From: a phage
Length of the DNA: 64,000 nucleotides
Sequence record: PZ172995.1
Direction: 5' to 3' (one strand)
Shown: positions 51,952 through 60,362 of the stretch, in pieces
Layout of the letters: every line of letters starts with the position of its first letter
Position numbering within the stretch: position 1 is the first letter of the stretch
Program-made: the position numbers and the translations under genes
Notes under the pieces: model-generated
Database searches by the model: none
What the model was told of the DNA's origin: nothing
Seen by the model: the letters and a program-made list of their open reading frames with translations, nothing else

Positions 51952-52764
51952 ATGAATACTACTGTAGACCAGATGCTTGAAGAAAAAGGTATTGACGAAG
52001 CATTCTTAATCAATGCCGTAGAAAGCATGGCTATGATTCTTCGTGGAAACAACTACACAGAACAGTTTATGCCTGCAAGCTATAACTTGCCTAAAGACAA
52101 GTCTGATAACGGTGCTTTTGCAGAACAGGTTAATATGATGCTGTGCGACAAAAAACTTGCCTTAGCATCTATCGTTGTAGGTGTTGATGCTCTTGCAGAG
52201 TTCATTTTTTATGAGATGCAGAAAAATGACTATATTGCCATGACCTCTGAAGAAAAAGACTCGCTACTGCTCTTAGATAATAATGAGCTAGTTGACCTGT
52301 TAATTTCGTCAACGAGTGCTGTTATGGCTGCTCTTGAGAAGCGCATGGAAGAGAAGCTGTCACGATATGAAAAACTTGATTGGGGTGTAGAAGAGTTAAA
52401 CCCACGAATCAAAGAGATTATCCAGCAAACTAAAGACTCTTTAGCAGAAGCTGTGAAAGATGATTCTGTAGCTGATGTAGAACCACTACAGGTGAAGGTT
52501 GCTCTGATGATTCCAGCTATTTCTACAATGATGAATATCGTTGCACTAATCCAACTTTCTCAGATGTTGGGTGTGACCATTGAGTTCGTTGAGGAGATGA
52601 CTGGTGGTGTCAGTATGCAAGCAATCAATGATGTTTTGGTAAACATTGGTGCTTCAATCATTGAAGAGAAGCTACGTATCAACTTCGGTGATGATTTTGT
52701 GAAGCAAATCTCAGCTATGGCTGAAAAAGAGCACTCACAAATTACTAGTGACCAACTGCACTAA
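51952..52764 (+). CDS. hypothetical protein
   Basis: ORF with RBS. Confidence 0.6.
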   Translation: MNTTVDQMLEEKGIDEAFLINAVESMAMILRGNNYTEQFMPASYNLPKDKSDNGAFAEQVNMMLCDKKLALASIVVGVDALAEFIFYEMQKNDYIAMTSEEKDSLLLLDNNELVDLLISSTSAVMAALEKRMEEKLSRYEKLDWGVEELNPRIKEIIQQTKDSLAEAVKDDSVADVEPLQVKVALMIPAISTMMNIVALIQLSQMLGVTIEFVEEMTGGVSMQAINDVLVNIGASIIEEKLRINFGDDFVKQISAMAEKEHSQITSDQLH

Positions 52765-52782
52765 GTCTTTATGAATCTTATA

Positions 52783-52806
52783 AGCCTCCTTAGTTGGGGG
52801 CTTTTT
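52783..52806 (+). terminator. Rho-independent terminator
   Basis: AGCCTCC-loop-GGGGGCT followed by TTTTT. Confidence 0.6.
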
Positions 52807-52825
52807 AGTAATTAAGGGAGATAAA

Positions 52826-53569
52826 ATGAGTAGTATTATTGCATTTACTGGAAAAGCACGTTCTGGAAAGGACACCTCATGTTCTATTGTCAAGAATATC
52901 TTAGAAGATGAGTATGGCTACAATGTTGCAGTAATGGCCTATGCAGACAATCTTAAGCTATCTGCATCAAAGATATTTGACTTGACGTGGAATGACCTGT
53001 ACGGTGAAACTAAAGAGACTCCACAGGTCTTTGATTTATCATACTCTGAACTTATGAGTAAAGTTACAGAAGCTATGGAGTTCACCTTCAGAGATGAACG
53101 TTACCATATGGACTTTAAGCTTATGTCAGAGTTAACCGGACGATTAATCATGGAACTTAAGAAGGTTGCTAAGCCAACTCTATTGACACGTCTGGGATTT
53201 AGCAAGAAGTATAAATTCTCATCAAGACAAATTCAACAGATTTGGGGTACTGAAGTTATCCGTAAAGTTATGGGTGACAAGTTCTGGGCTAAAGACCTTG
53301 AAAAAAGAATGGTAAACTTCTTTGACGTTTGCTCACTTAGAAATCAAGAAGGTGTTGTTTTAATCAGTGACTTAAGGTTTGACTCTGAAGCTGAGTGGCT
53401 GAGCAGATTTGCACACCAAATTATTGAAGTAAAAAGAGACAATGTGGACAAGGTTTCATCACATGTTTCAGAAAATGGAATTTCTACCAAATATGCGCGT
53501 GACATTATTCATAATAATGGTACTCTTGAAGACCTTGAAAGCAAGCTAAGAGCTATCCTGAAAATTTAA
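52826..53569 (+). CDS. deoxynucleoside monophosphate kinase
   Basis: N-terminal P-loop FTGKARSGKDT in the 247-aa translation. Confidence 0.75.
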   Translation: MSSIIAFTGKARSGKDTSCSIVKNILEDEYGYNVAVMAYADNLKLSASKIFDLTWNDLYGETKETPQVFDLSYSELMSKVTEAMEFTFRDERYHMDFKLMSELTGRLIMELKKVAKPTLLTRLGFSKKYKFSSRQIQQIWGTEVIRKVMGDKFWAKDLEKRMVNFFDVCSLRNQEGVVLISDLRFDSEAEWLSRFAHQIIEVKRDNVDKVSSHVSENGISTKYARDIIHNNGTLEDLESKLRAILKI

Positions 53570-53577
53570 AAGAGAGA

Positions 53578-53778
53578 ATGAAGATGAGAGTAAAAGATAA
53601 TTTTAAAGTTATTGACCATCGTTTAGTGGAACTCTCATCTCTTTCCAATGAGGTAATGATTGAACGTCTTAAGAGAGTTGAATCACGAAGGAAAGAGATT
53701 GCAGATGAAATTCATGAACTGGACAAGATTGAAAATGGATTGAAGGCAGAACTACAACGAAGAGGTGCTAATGTCTAA
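53578..53778 (+). CDS. hypothetical small coiled-coil protein
   Basis: ORF; start 53578 or 53584. Confidence 0.45.
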   Translation: MKMRVKDNFKVIDHRLVELSSLSNEVMIERLKRVESRRKEIADEIHELDKIENGLKAELQRRGANV

Positions 53779-55756
53779 AGGTCGTAAATTGAAAGAGGCT
53801 GGTCAGTTTATTGGTCATTGTGCATGTCCACGTTGTGGTTCATCAGATGCTGGTTCAATCTACCATCATGACGATGATTCTTATTCGATGACTTGCTTTA
53901 GCTGTAACAAAGGTTTCCCAGAGTGGGATTTTGATAAAGGACAAATCGTGAGCACTTATTCTACTGGTTCAGATAATAAAAACCGTACTTTCCGTGGAAT
54001 GGATTTAGACGATGTAAAAGAAAACCTAGAAGCAATGGACTTGAAAGACAGGAAGATTCCTGCAAAAGTCCTCGAACGCTTAGGTATCAAGGTTGACATT
54101 GATAGTGACGGTGAAATTGATGCACATTTCTATCCAACTTACAAACGTAATGAAGATGGCAAGCTAGAACATGTTGGTTATCGTGTTCGTCACCGTTACC
54201 CAGAAGACCATCCAAAAGAACACCTACGTGGTAAGTTAAAAGACTTTTCAGGTGGTGTTGGAGATATTAAAGGTGAACTGGCAATGTTCGGTTCATGGAT
54301 TGCTCCAGAAGGTGGGAACCGACTGTTCATCTGGGAAGGTGAGATGGAATGTGCGACAGCTATCTACATGACTTCTTTGGCGATTAAAGATAAGTCTCGT
54401 CGTAAGAATTACTGTCACGTATCTGTTCCATCAGGTGCAAACATTAAGTCTATCAAAGACAACTATCAGTACATCACATCATTTGATGAGATTTACTTGT
54501 GCTTTGATAACGATGAAGCAGGTGCTAAAGCTACCAAAGAGGCTGCTGGTATCCTACCTATTGAGAAGGTTCGTTTGTTCCAGTATCCAGAGGGTGTAAA
54601 AGACCTTAATGAATGGTGGACAAAGTTCTACAAAGAGAAAGACACAGTTCTGGAAGGATTTAAACAGCGTATCTACAACGCACCTCGTTACTGTCCTGCT
54701 GGTATCAAGAACTTCGCAGATGGTTTTGAGGCAATGAAGAATCGTGGTCAGATTCCATTGATTCCTTTCCCAGAATCTTTCGGGGATTTGAACAGGTTGA
54801 CTTATGGTGGTTACGGTTTAGGTGAGATTACAACTCTGGCAGCACCATCTTCAGTAGGTAAATCAGCATACACCCGTGAAATGATTTACACTGCTTGGAA
54901 GGAAACCGATTACAATATTGGTGTAATTCCAGTTGAAGATACCTATGAAGAGTTGATGGAGATGCTCTGTGCAATCCACTTAAGCAAGCAGATTTCTGAG
55001 ATTCCTTATGACGAACGTGATTGGGATGAATTAAAGGAAGCACACGCAGAACTATCTAAAGGTCGTCGTATCCACATCGTAGACCATCAAGGGGCAATTG
55101 ACCAAGATAACCTGCTGGAATTTGTTGACTATCTTGTTAACAGTTTAGACTGTAAGATTATTATTCTTGACCCTATTACGTTGGCTCTGTCACGTTCAGA
55201 TACGGATGAAGAGGAAGTTTTGTCTGAACTATTGCGTCGTTGCAAACGCTACCAGTATGCACAGGTTAACGTCTGCCACGTTCGTAAGAGTGCAGGTGGT
55301 CAGAAAGCTAACTCTGAAGGTGGAGATATCTCTGAAGAGGATATTAAGGGTTCTGGTGCATACTTCCAGATTTCCATGAACAACATTCTGTTAATGCGTA
55401 ACAAGGTTGACCCAGACCCTGTTAAGAAAAACTTGACAAAAATCAAGTTAACTAAGTGTCGTCGTCATGGTAAGTCAACAGGTATTGCTGGTCACACTTG
55501 GTACAATCCAGATACAGGACGGCTTATCAAAGCTTCTGGGTGTGGTGTTGATATTGATGGTGCAGCAGAAAATATTCGTCAACAGTTTGGTATTGGTGAA
55601 GCTGAAGACCATTACGATGACTCTTTACCTCATTATGAGGATGAAGTGTTTGACCGTGAGACTGGTGAAGTCTATACTGAAGAACAGCGCCAAAGCTCAA
55701 CGATTCCACCTGTATTAAGTGAGGATGCAGATGACTGCCCGTTTGAAACTGAGTGA
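53771..55756 (+). CDS. DNA primase-helicase (zinc ribbon, TOPRIM, DnaB-like helicase fusion)
   Basis: CPRCGS...CFSCNKG zinc ribbon; TOPRIM-like EGEMECATAI and DNDEAG; Walker A APSSVGKSAYT, Walker B IIILDP; ATG at 53771. Confidence 0.9.
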   Translation: MSKGRKLKEAGQFIGHCACPRCGSSDAGSIYHHDDDSYSMTCFSCNKGFPEWDFDKGQIVSTYSTGSDNKNRTFRGMDLDDVKENLEAMDLKDRKIPAKVLERLGIKVDIDSDGEIDAHFYPTYKRNEDGKLEHVGYRVRHRYPEDHPKEHLRGKLKDFSGGVGDIKGELAMFGSWIAPEGGNRLFIWEGEMECATAIYMTSLAIKDKSRRKNYCHVSVPSGANIKSIKDNYQYITSFDEIYLCFDNDEAGAKATKEAAGILPIEKVRLFQYPEGVKDLNEWWTKFYKEKDTVLEGFKQRIYNAPRYCPAGIKNFADGFEAMKNRGQIPLIPFPESFGDLNRLTYGGYGLGEITTLAAPSSVGKSAYTREMIYTAWKETDYNIGVIPVEDTYEELMEMLCAIHLSKQISEIPYDERDWDELKEAHAELSKGRRIHIVDHQGAIDQDNLLEFVDYLVNSLDCKIIILDPITLALSRSDTDEEEVLSELLRRCKRYQYAQVNVCHVRKSAGGQKANSEGGDISEEDIKGSGAYFQISMNNILLMRNKVDPDPVKKNLTKIKLTKCRRHGKSTGIAGHTWYNPDTGRLIKASGCGVDIDGAAENIRQQFGIGEAEDHYDDSLPHYEDEVFDRETGEVYTEEQRQSSTIPPVLSEDADDCPFETE

Positions 55757-56012
55757 TAGTTATAAAAGAGAGGGGTTCATACCCTTCTTTGAAGAAAAAA
55801 GTTTAAACGAATTTCAGGAAGAGTGTTTGACAAAGGTTGATAGGTTCTATAGAATGCTCTACATGAAATGTGATGGAGGCGTTGAGGTAGAAGAAAAGTT
55901 CCATCACAGTATGATAACAGTCACTATTACTATACCTCGACATAATATTGGTTGGCTGTTTATAATTAAAGAAAATGTGTTTGAATATCAAGTATATCGG
56001 AGAATATCATGA
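55731..56012 (+). CDS. hypothetical protein
   Basis: ATG at 55731 has GAGGAT RBS; track start is GTG inside the primase gene. Confidence 0.45.
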   Translation: MTARLKLSDSYKREGFIPFFEEKSLNEFQEECLTKVDRFYRMLYMKCDGGVEVEEKFHHSMITVTITIPRHNIGWLFIIKENVFEYQVYRRIS

Positions 56013-56158
56013 AACACTCTAAAGCATTTGAACAAGTTTTTGGGGATTCCTTAAAAGCCACTGCTGGTAAACCAGCAAAATACTACGAAGAGAAGCGTGT
56101 AAGAACTGGAAAAACTGCACGTAAAGCAGCTTCTAAAGATAAGCACAACTTCCAGTAA
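56009..56158 (+). CDS. hypothetical small basic protein (49 aa; not in ORF track)
   Basis: Hand translation MKHSKAFEQVFGDSLKATAGKPAKYYEEKRVRTGKTARKAASKDKHNFQ; GGAGA RBS; ATGA overlap. Confidence 0.45.
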   Translation: MKHSKAFEQVFGDSLKATAGKPAKYYEEKRVRTGKTARKAASKDKHNFQ

Positions 56159-56165
56159 TTAATGT

Positions 56166-56194
56166 TTGACAATAGAGTATCAACAAATTAGAAT
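56166..56194 (+). promoter_or_regulatory. sigma70-like promoter (TTGACA, 17 nt, TAGAAT)
   Basis: Read directly upstream of 56231. Confidence 0.5.
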
Positions 56195-56230
56195 TGGTAC
56201 TCTTCATAAATTGAGATAGAGGTTTAAATA

Positions 56231-57088
56231 ATGTCTAAAGTTGTTAAAATGAAAGCTCCGGTAGAGAAGTACAATGGTACTGAACGTCAAACTCTGCGTT
56301 ACCTTCTGAAAGATGTCTGGTTTTATTACCTGAACACTTCACCACGTCCGGGAAAAGGTAAATCCATTGATAAGAAGTTCCCAGGAAAAGACTGCAACTA
56401 CAGTGTTTCAATTCTGGCAGAAGATGGTAACAAGCTGTTTAAAGAGTTCACTAAGTCTAAGAAAAACCCAGAAGGTTGGGATAAAGTTACTACTGAAGCT
56501 GTTGATGCAGATGACTTCGAAGAGAAGTTTGGTTGCAAACCACCATTTGAAGCAGACACTTACTACATCTTGAAAGTAAGTCGTGCAGCAGCTTATAAAG
56601 ATGGTGCTGTGTGGACAGCTAAACAGTCATTCCCTGTAATGCTGATTGAAGAAGTAAACGGTAAGCGTGTAGCTGTTAAGCAGCCGATGAAGAAAATCAA
56701 AGCTCAAGCATCTGACAAACATGAAGATGACAAGAACTATGATGTAATTCATCCAGATATTGCAGTTGGTAACGGTTCTTTTGGTAGCGTGATTCTTTCT
56801 ACTCACTTCTACACTTTTGAGAACAATGTTCTGACAAAACCTATTCAGGAACAGTTTATCATTGATACTCTTGTACCTTACACTGGTGGTAACGGTGGTA
56901 ACGGTGAACCTGAACTGGATGAAGACGAACTGGCTATGCTTGGTCTTGATGGTGTTGAAGATAACGGTGAAATCACTGAAGAAGACGCAAAAGACCACAA
57001 ACCTTCGAATCACTCTGATGATGGTGATGATGAAGACTTGCCAGACCCAGATGACGAAGAAGATGAAGACTTCGATACAGAAGACTAA
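56231..57088 (+). CDS. single-stranded DNA-binding protein (putative; acidic C-terminal tail)
   Basis: 285 aa with very acidic C-terminus ...DDEEDEDFDTED; position inside replication module. Confidence 0.5.
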   Translation: MSKVVKMKAPVEKYNGTERQTLRYLLKDVWFYYLNTSPRPGKGKSIDKKFPGKDCNYSVSILAEDGNKLFKEFTKSKKNPEGWDKVTTEAVDADDFEEKFGCKPPFEADTYYILKVSRAAAYKDGAVWTAKQSFPVMLIEEVNGKRVAVKQPMKKIKAQASDKHEDDKNYDVIHPDIAVGNGSFGSVILSTHFYTFENNVLTKPIQEQFIIDTLVPYTGGNGGNGEPELDEDELAMLGLDGVEDNGEITEEDAKDHKPSNHSDDGDDEDLPDPDDEEDEDFDTED

Positions 57089-57106
57089 TCTCTAAAAGTT
57101 ACTTTA

Positions 57107-57134
57107 AAGCCCTGTACTTAGTATGGGGCTTTTT
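57107..57134 (+). terminator. Rho-independent terminator
   Basis: AAGCCC-loop-GGGCTT followed by TTTT. Confidence 0.55.
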
Positions 57135-57150
57135 CATATGGAGAGTCACA

Positions 57151-58191
57151 ATGGAGAAGTATACGCTAACAAAACTTCCCGATTCAGTTACACATGTCTT
57201 TATTGACTCTGACAGTATTGCCTATAAAGGTGCTTGTGTAGTTGAGAAAGCAAAATATAAATACGTCAATAAACTCACAGCAGAAGAATCTGAATCATTT
57301 GATAATGCAAAAGATGCTGCAAGATGGTTAGCAGACCAGAGAATCCTTGTAGAAGAGCTTGGCCTAGCATTTGATGAAGATGAATGGGAAAGACAGACTT
57401 GGAAAGAAGCTAAGAGTGAAAAAGAAGCTATCATGGCTACTCAGCAGGTTCTTCAGGAATGGCTTAAGGTTGTTGGTAAAGAAAGAACTTGGGTAGGTTA
57501 CTTAACAGAGAAAGGTGTGCATAAGCATAAAGACGTTAAAGGTCTTGAGCACCAATATCAAGGTAACCGTAAAGATGCTGTCACACCAACACACTTAGTT
57601 GCTTGTCGTGAATATCTCCTGTCAAGACCAGAGTTCAAACTCTTAAAGGGTGGCTTCGAAGCCGACTCAATCGTTATTGCTAAAGCTGAAAAGATGGGTA
57701 AGAAAGCTGCTCTTATGAGTATTGACAAAGACCTTCGACAAGCTGAAGGGACTTATTGTATTGATATGACTTATGAAAAGTCACCACTAATTTTTATTGC
57801 TGACAATAATGTTGGTGATATCTGGGATTGCCCTATCAAATCAAAACCAAAAGCTGCAAAAACAGTTGGTGTAGGTTTTAAATTCTTGTGTTATCAGGCT
57901 GTTGCTGGAGATAATGCAGACAACTACTTCGGCCTTAAAGGTGCTGGTAAAGTAGCTGTGATGAATGCTTTAGAGGGTAAAGAGACCTACAAAGAGTGTC
58001 TTGATGCTATCTATGAACTTTATGCTAAAAAAGATTCTTATACCTATGTATCATGGGATGGACAGACTGTTACCAAAACACCATTAGAGTTAATGGAACA
58101 GCATTTCTGGATAGCATATCAAGAGAGAAATCCAAAAGATAATTTCTCTTTTAAGAAATATAATTGGGAGCCGTGTATGAATGAAGATTAA
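57151..58191 (+). CDS. 5'-3' exonuclease / flap endonuclease (FEN-like)
   Basis: N-terminal VFIDSDSIAYKG and later AGDNADNYFGLKGAGKVA (GDxSDN...G.G.KTA-like) in the translation. Confidence 0.6.
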   Translation: MEKYTLTKLPDSVTHVFIDSDSIAYKGACVVEKAKYKYVNKLTAEESESFDNAKDAARWLADQRILVEELGLAFDEDEWERQTWKEAKSEKEAIMATQQVLQEWLKVVGKERTWVGYLTEKGVHKHKDVKGLEHQYQGNRKDAVTPTHLVACREYLLSRPEFKLLKGGFEADSIVIAKAEKMGKKAALMSIDKDLRQAEGTYCIDMTYEKSPLIFIADNNVGDIWDCPIKSKPKAAKTVGVGFKFLCYQAVAGDNADNYFGLKGAGKVAVMNALEGKETYKECLDAIYELYAKKDSYTYVSWDGQTVTKTPLELMEQHFWIAYQERNPKDNFSFKKYNWEPCMNED

Positions 58192-58678
58192 AGGATTTGG
58201 CAATTGTCCTACCTATGGTCATTGGGTATCTTTATGTGGGGAAGTTGACCCCACTAAACATTTTGGTTTTGTCTATTTAGTACACTGTAAGAAGACCGGA
58301 CAATATTATATCGGAAAGAAACAGCTTAATAGTGTGACCAAAAGAAAAGTTGCTGGCAAGACTCGGAAGAAGGTAGTCACTAAGGAGAGTGATTGGATGA
58401 CTTATGAGACTTCTTCTGAGTATATTAAAAAAGATATTGAGAGCTTTGGGAAAGAATTTTTTGACTTTTACATTATCCAAACCTACTACACGAAAGGTGG
58501 TCTAGTTTATGGTGAAGCAAACCTCCAACATAAATTCGATGTAATGACAAAAAGGATTGACTCTAAGCTCAGACTCTTCTACAATGCCAATATTGCAGCA
58601 ATTAAGTTTATCACTAAAGAAACTTATGAAGATGCTGAAAAAAGAATCCATAAGGTAATGAAAGCAAATTGTGCTTGA
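58181..58678 (+). CDS. GIY-YIG family nuclease (putative)
   Basis: FVYLVHCKKTGQYYIGKK resembles the GIY-(9-11)-YIG motif; 165 aa. Confidence 0.5.
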   Translation: MKIKGFGNCPTYGHWVSLCGEVDPTKHFGFVYLVHCKKTGQYYIGKKQLNSVTKRKVAGKTRKKVVTKESDWMTYETSSEYIKKDIESFGKEFFDFYIIQTYYTKGGLVYGEANLQHKFDVMTKRIDSKLRLFYNANIAAIKFITKETYEDAEKRIHKVMKANCA

Positions 58679-58699
58679 TAACTATTGAGAGAGAATAAA

Positions 58700-58930
58700 A
58701 TGTTTAACAAAAGTAAAGCTGTGAGTCATGTAGCAAAGGTTGACAGCAAGATTGAAGAACTTGAGCGCATTCTTGCAAATGCCAGAGAGTCAATAATTAA
58801 AGAGGTTGAAGCTGTTGAATCTCAAATGCAGCACCTAATGCTTAAACGTCAAGAGTTACGTGAGCATCTGGAATATATTGAAACACGAGAGCTAAAAGTT
58901 AACAGATTTTTAAGGAGTCCGAATGTTTAA
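58700..58930 (+). CDS. hypothetical small coiled-coil protein
   Basis: ATG at 58700 with GAGAGAG RBS (track start is TTG). Confidence 0.5.
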   Translation: MFNKSKAVSHVAKVDSKIEELERILANARESIIKEVEAVESQMQHLMLKRQELREHLEYIETRELKVNRFLRSPNV

Positions 58931-59678
58931 CTCAAGAGAATCAGTAAAAAACTGGAATCTTCGTTGCGGAAACACCCAAAAGCAACCTTACAGTGATGAG
59001 TATTGGGAATCTTTGAAATCCCAGTCTCTGTGTATGCTTGAAGAAGCAAAAGAGCTTGTAAAAGCAATTGAAGAGAAAGACCCCATTGAGACATTGGATG
59101 CTCAGGCAGATTTGCAATATGTTCTTGACGGTCTAATTTATCTGTCACAACATGACCACAATGGCGCTATGGAAGCTGTTTGCCATAATAATGACCTGAA
59201 GTACACAGACGACTATGAAGAAGCTTTAAAACGTCTTGCAGATATTGAGAAGCGTACTGGTCAAGAGTGTATTATCAGAATGTCAGTGGTTGATGGTAAA
59301 GAGTGGTATGCGATTGTCCGTGCAGCCGATGGGAAGATTATGAAGCAATCAAATCTCCCTAAAGTACAACTTGGTGAATACATTGTAGAACTTGAAAGCC
59401 AAGAACTTTTTGTGGTAGTATCTGAGACATGCGTTATCTGCAAAGGTATTGTATGTAGCTTAAAGGATTTGGGTGTAGATGGTTTTGTAGAAGTTAATCC
59501 AATTACCTCTAAAGCAGATAAAGATTTCTGTAAAGAGAATGGATTATGGATTGCAGATATTGTCTACTACGATGGTGAGCAGTTCCATGTAACCTCATAC
59601 CCGAAACTGAATTATGATGCTAATAACCTAAAGTGCTGGTTAAAAGGGGTTGGTTATAATGGATTCACAGAACATTAA
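58923..59678 (+). CDS. hypothetical protein
   Basis: ORF with AGGAG RBS. Confidence 0.6.
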   Translation: MFNSRESVKNWNLRCGNTQKQPYSDEYWESLKSQSLCMLEEAKELVKAIEEKDPIETLDAQADLQYVLDGLIYLSQHDHNGAMEAVCHNNDLKYTDDYEEALKRLADIEKRTGQECIIRMSVVDGKEWYAIVRAADGKIMKQSNLPKVQLGEYIVELESQELFVVVSETCVICKGIVCSLKDLGVDGFVEVNPITSKADKDFCKENGLWIADIVYYDGEQFHVTSYPKLNYDANNLKCWLKGVGYNGFTEH

Positions 59679-59982
59679 TAAAGAAGGTGTGGCTCAGAAG
59701 AGCCACTTCTCAAACTACAATATTTCTATGACGGTGTTTATGAATGACCCGTTACTTGAGAAGTATGGTGAGACTCCAGATACACTTCTGGATAATGAAC
59801 AAGTTTTAAAAGCAGTCCTGTACAAATATGGGATTGATATTGAGAAAGAGTATTCCTTTGAAATCTGCCAACACAGAAATACTTTTGGTAAAGTTGTGAT
59901 GGCTCCGCTCTTTATGGGTGTAGAAAGGACTGACTACGGTTGGTTATATCTAAAAAGAAACTTGGAGAAATACCGTGTCTAA
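59659..59982 (+). CDS. hypothetical protein
   Basis: ATG at 59659 (track start is TTG). Confidence 0.5.
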   Translation: MDSQNINKEGVAQKSHFSNYNISMTVFMNDPLLEKYGETPDTLLDNEQVLKAVLYKYGIDIEKEYSFEICQHRNTFGKVVMAPLFMGVERTDYGWLYLKRNLEKYRV

Positions 59983-60316
59983 AGCAAAAAAGTTATCTTA
60001 TGATGACATTATCTCAGGTGCTAAGTTAGGTGTTGACAGTATCGGACAAGATGTTAAGCACGGAGACACAGTTATGTACTGTGATGACCGAAGAGGGAGA
60101 AGTGCAATCTTGTTTGGAAGAATTGTTTGCAAGATGCGAGGTAATTACGTTGTTGCAGACATGGATGTGAACGTTACACAAAAACTTGAAACACTTATGG
60201 ATGATAATACATCATCATCATGGTTCTTCCTGAATTGTATGCACACTTCTTCAGTCACAAAAGTAAGTGATAAGTTTTACGATATGTGGCAGAATGAGCA
60301 AATTTTCAAGATTTAA
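59975..60316 (+). CDS. hypothetical protein
   Basis: GTG start with GGAGAAA RBS. Confidence 0.5.
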   Translation: MSKAKKLSYDDIISGAKLGVDSIGQDVKHGDTVMYCDDRRGRSAILFGRIVCKMRGNYVVADMDVNVTQKLETLMDDNTSSSWFFLNCMHTSSVTKVSDKFYDMWQNEQIFKI

Positions 60317-60320
60317 ACTA

Positions 60321-60344
60321 GGGAGCCTCTTCGGAGGCTCTTTT
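60321..60344 (+). terminator. Rho-independent terminator upstream of nrdA
   Basis: GAGCCTC-TTCG-GAGGCTC followed by TTTT. Confidence 0.8.
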
Positions 60345-60362
60345 CACCTGTAGGATTCAAAA

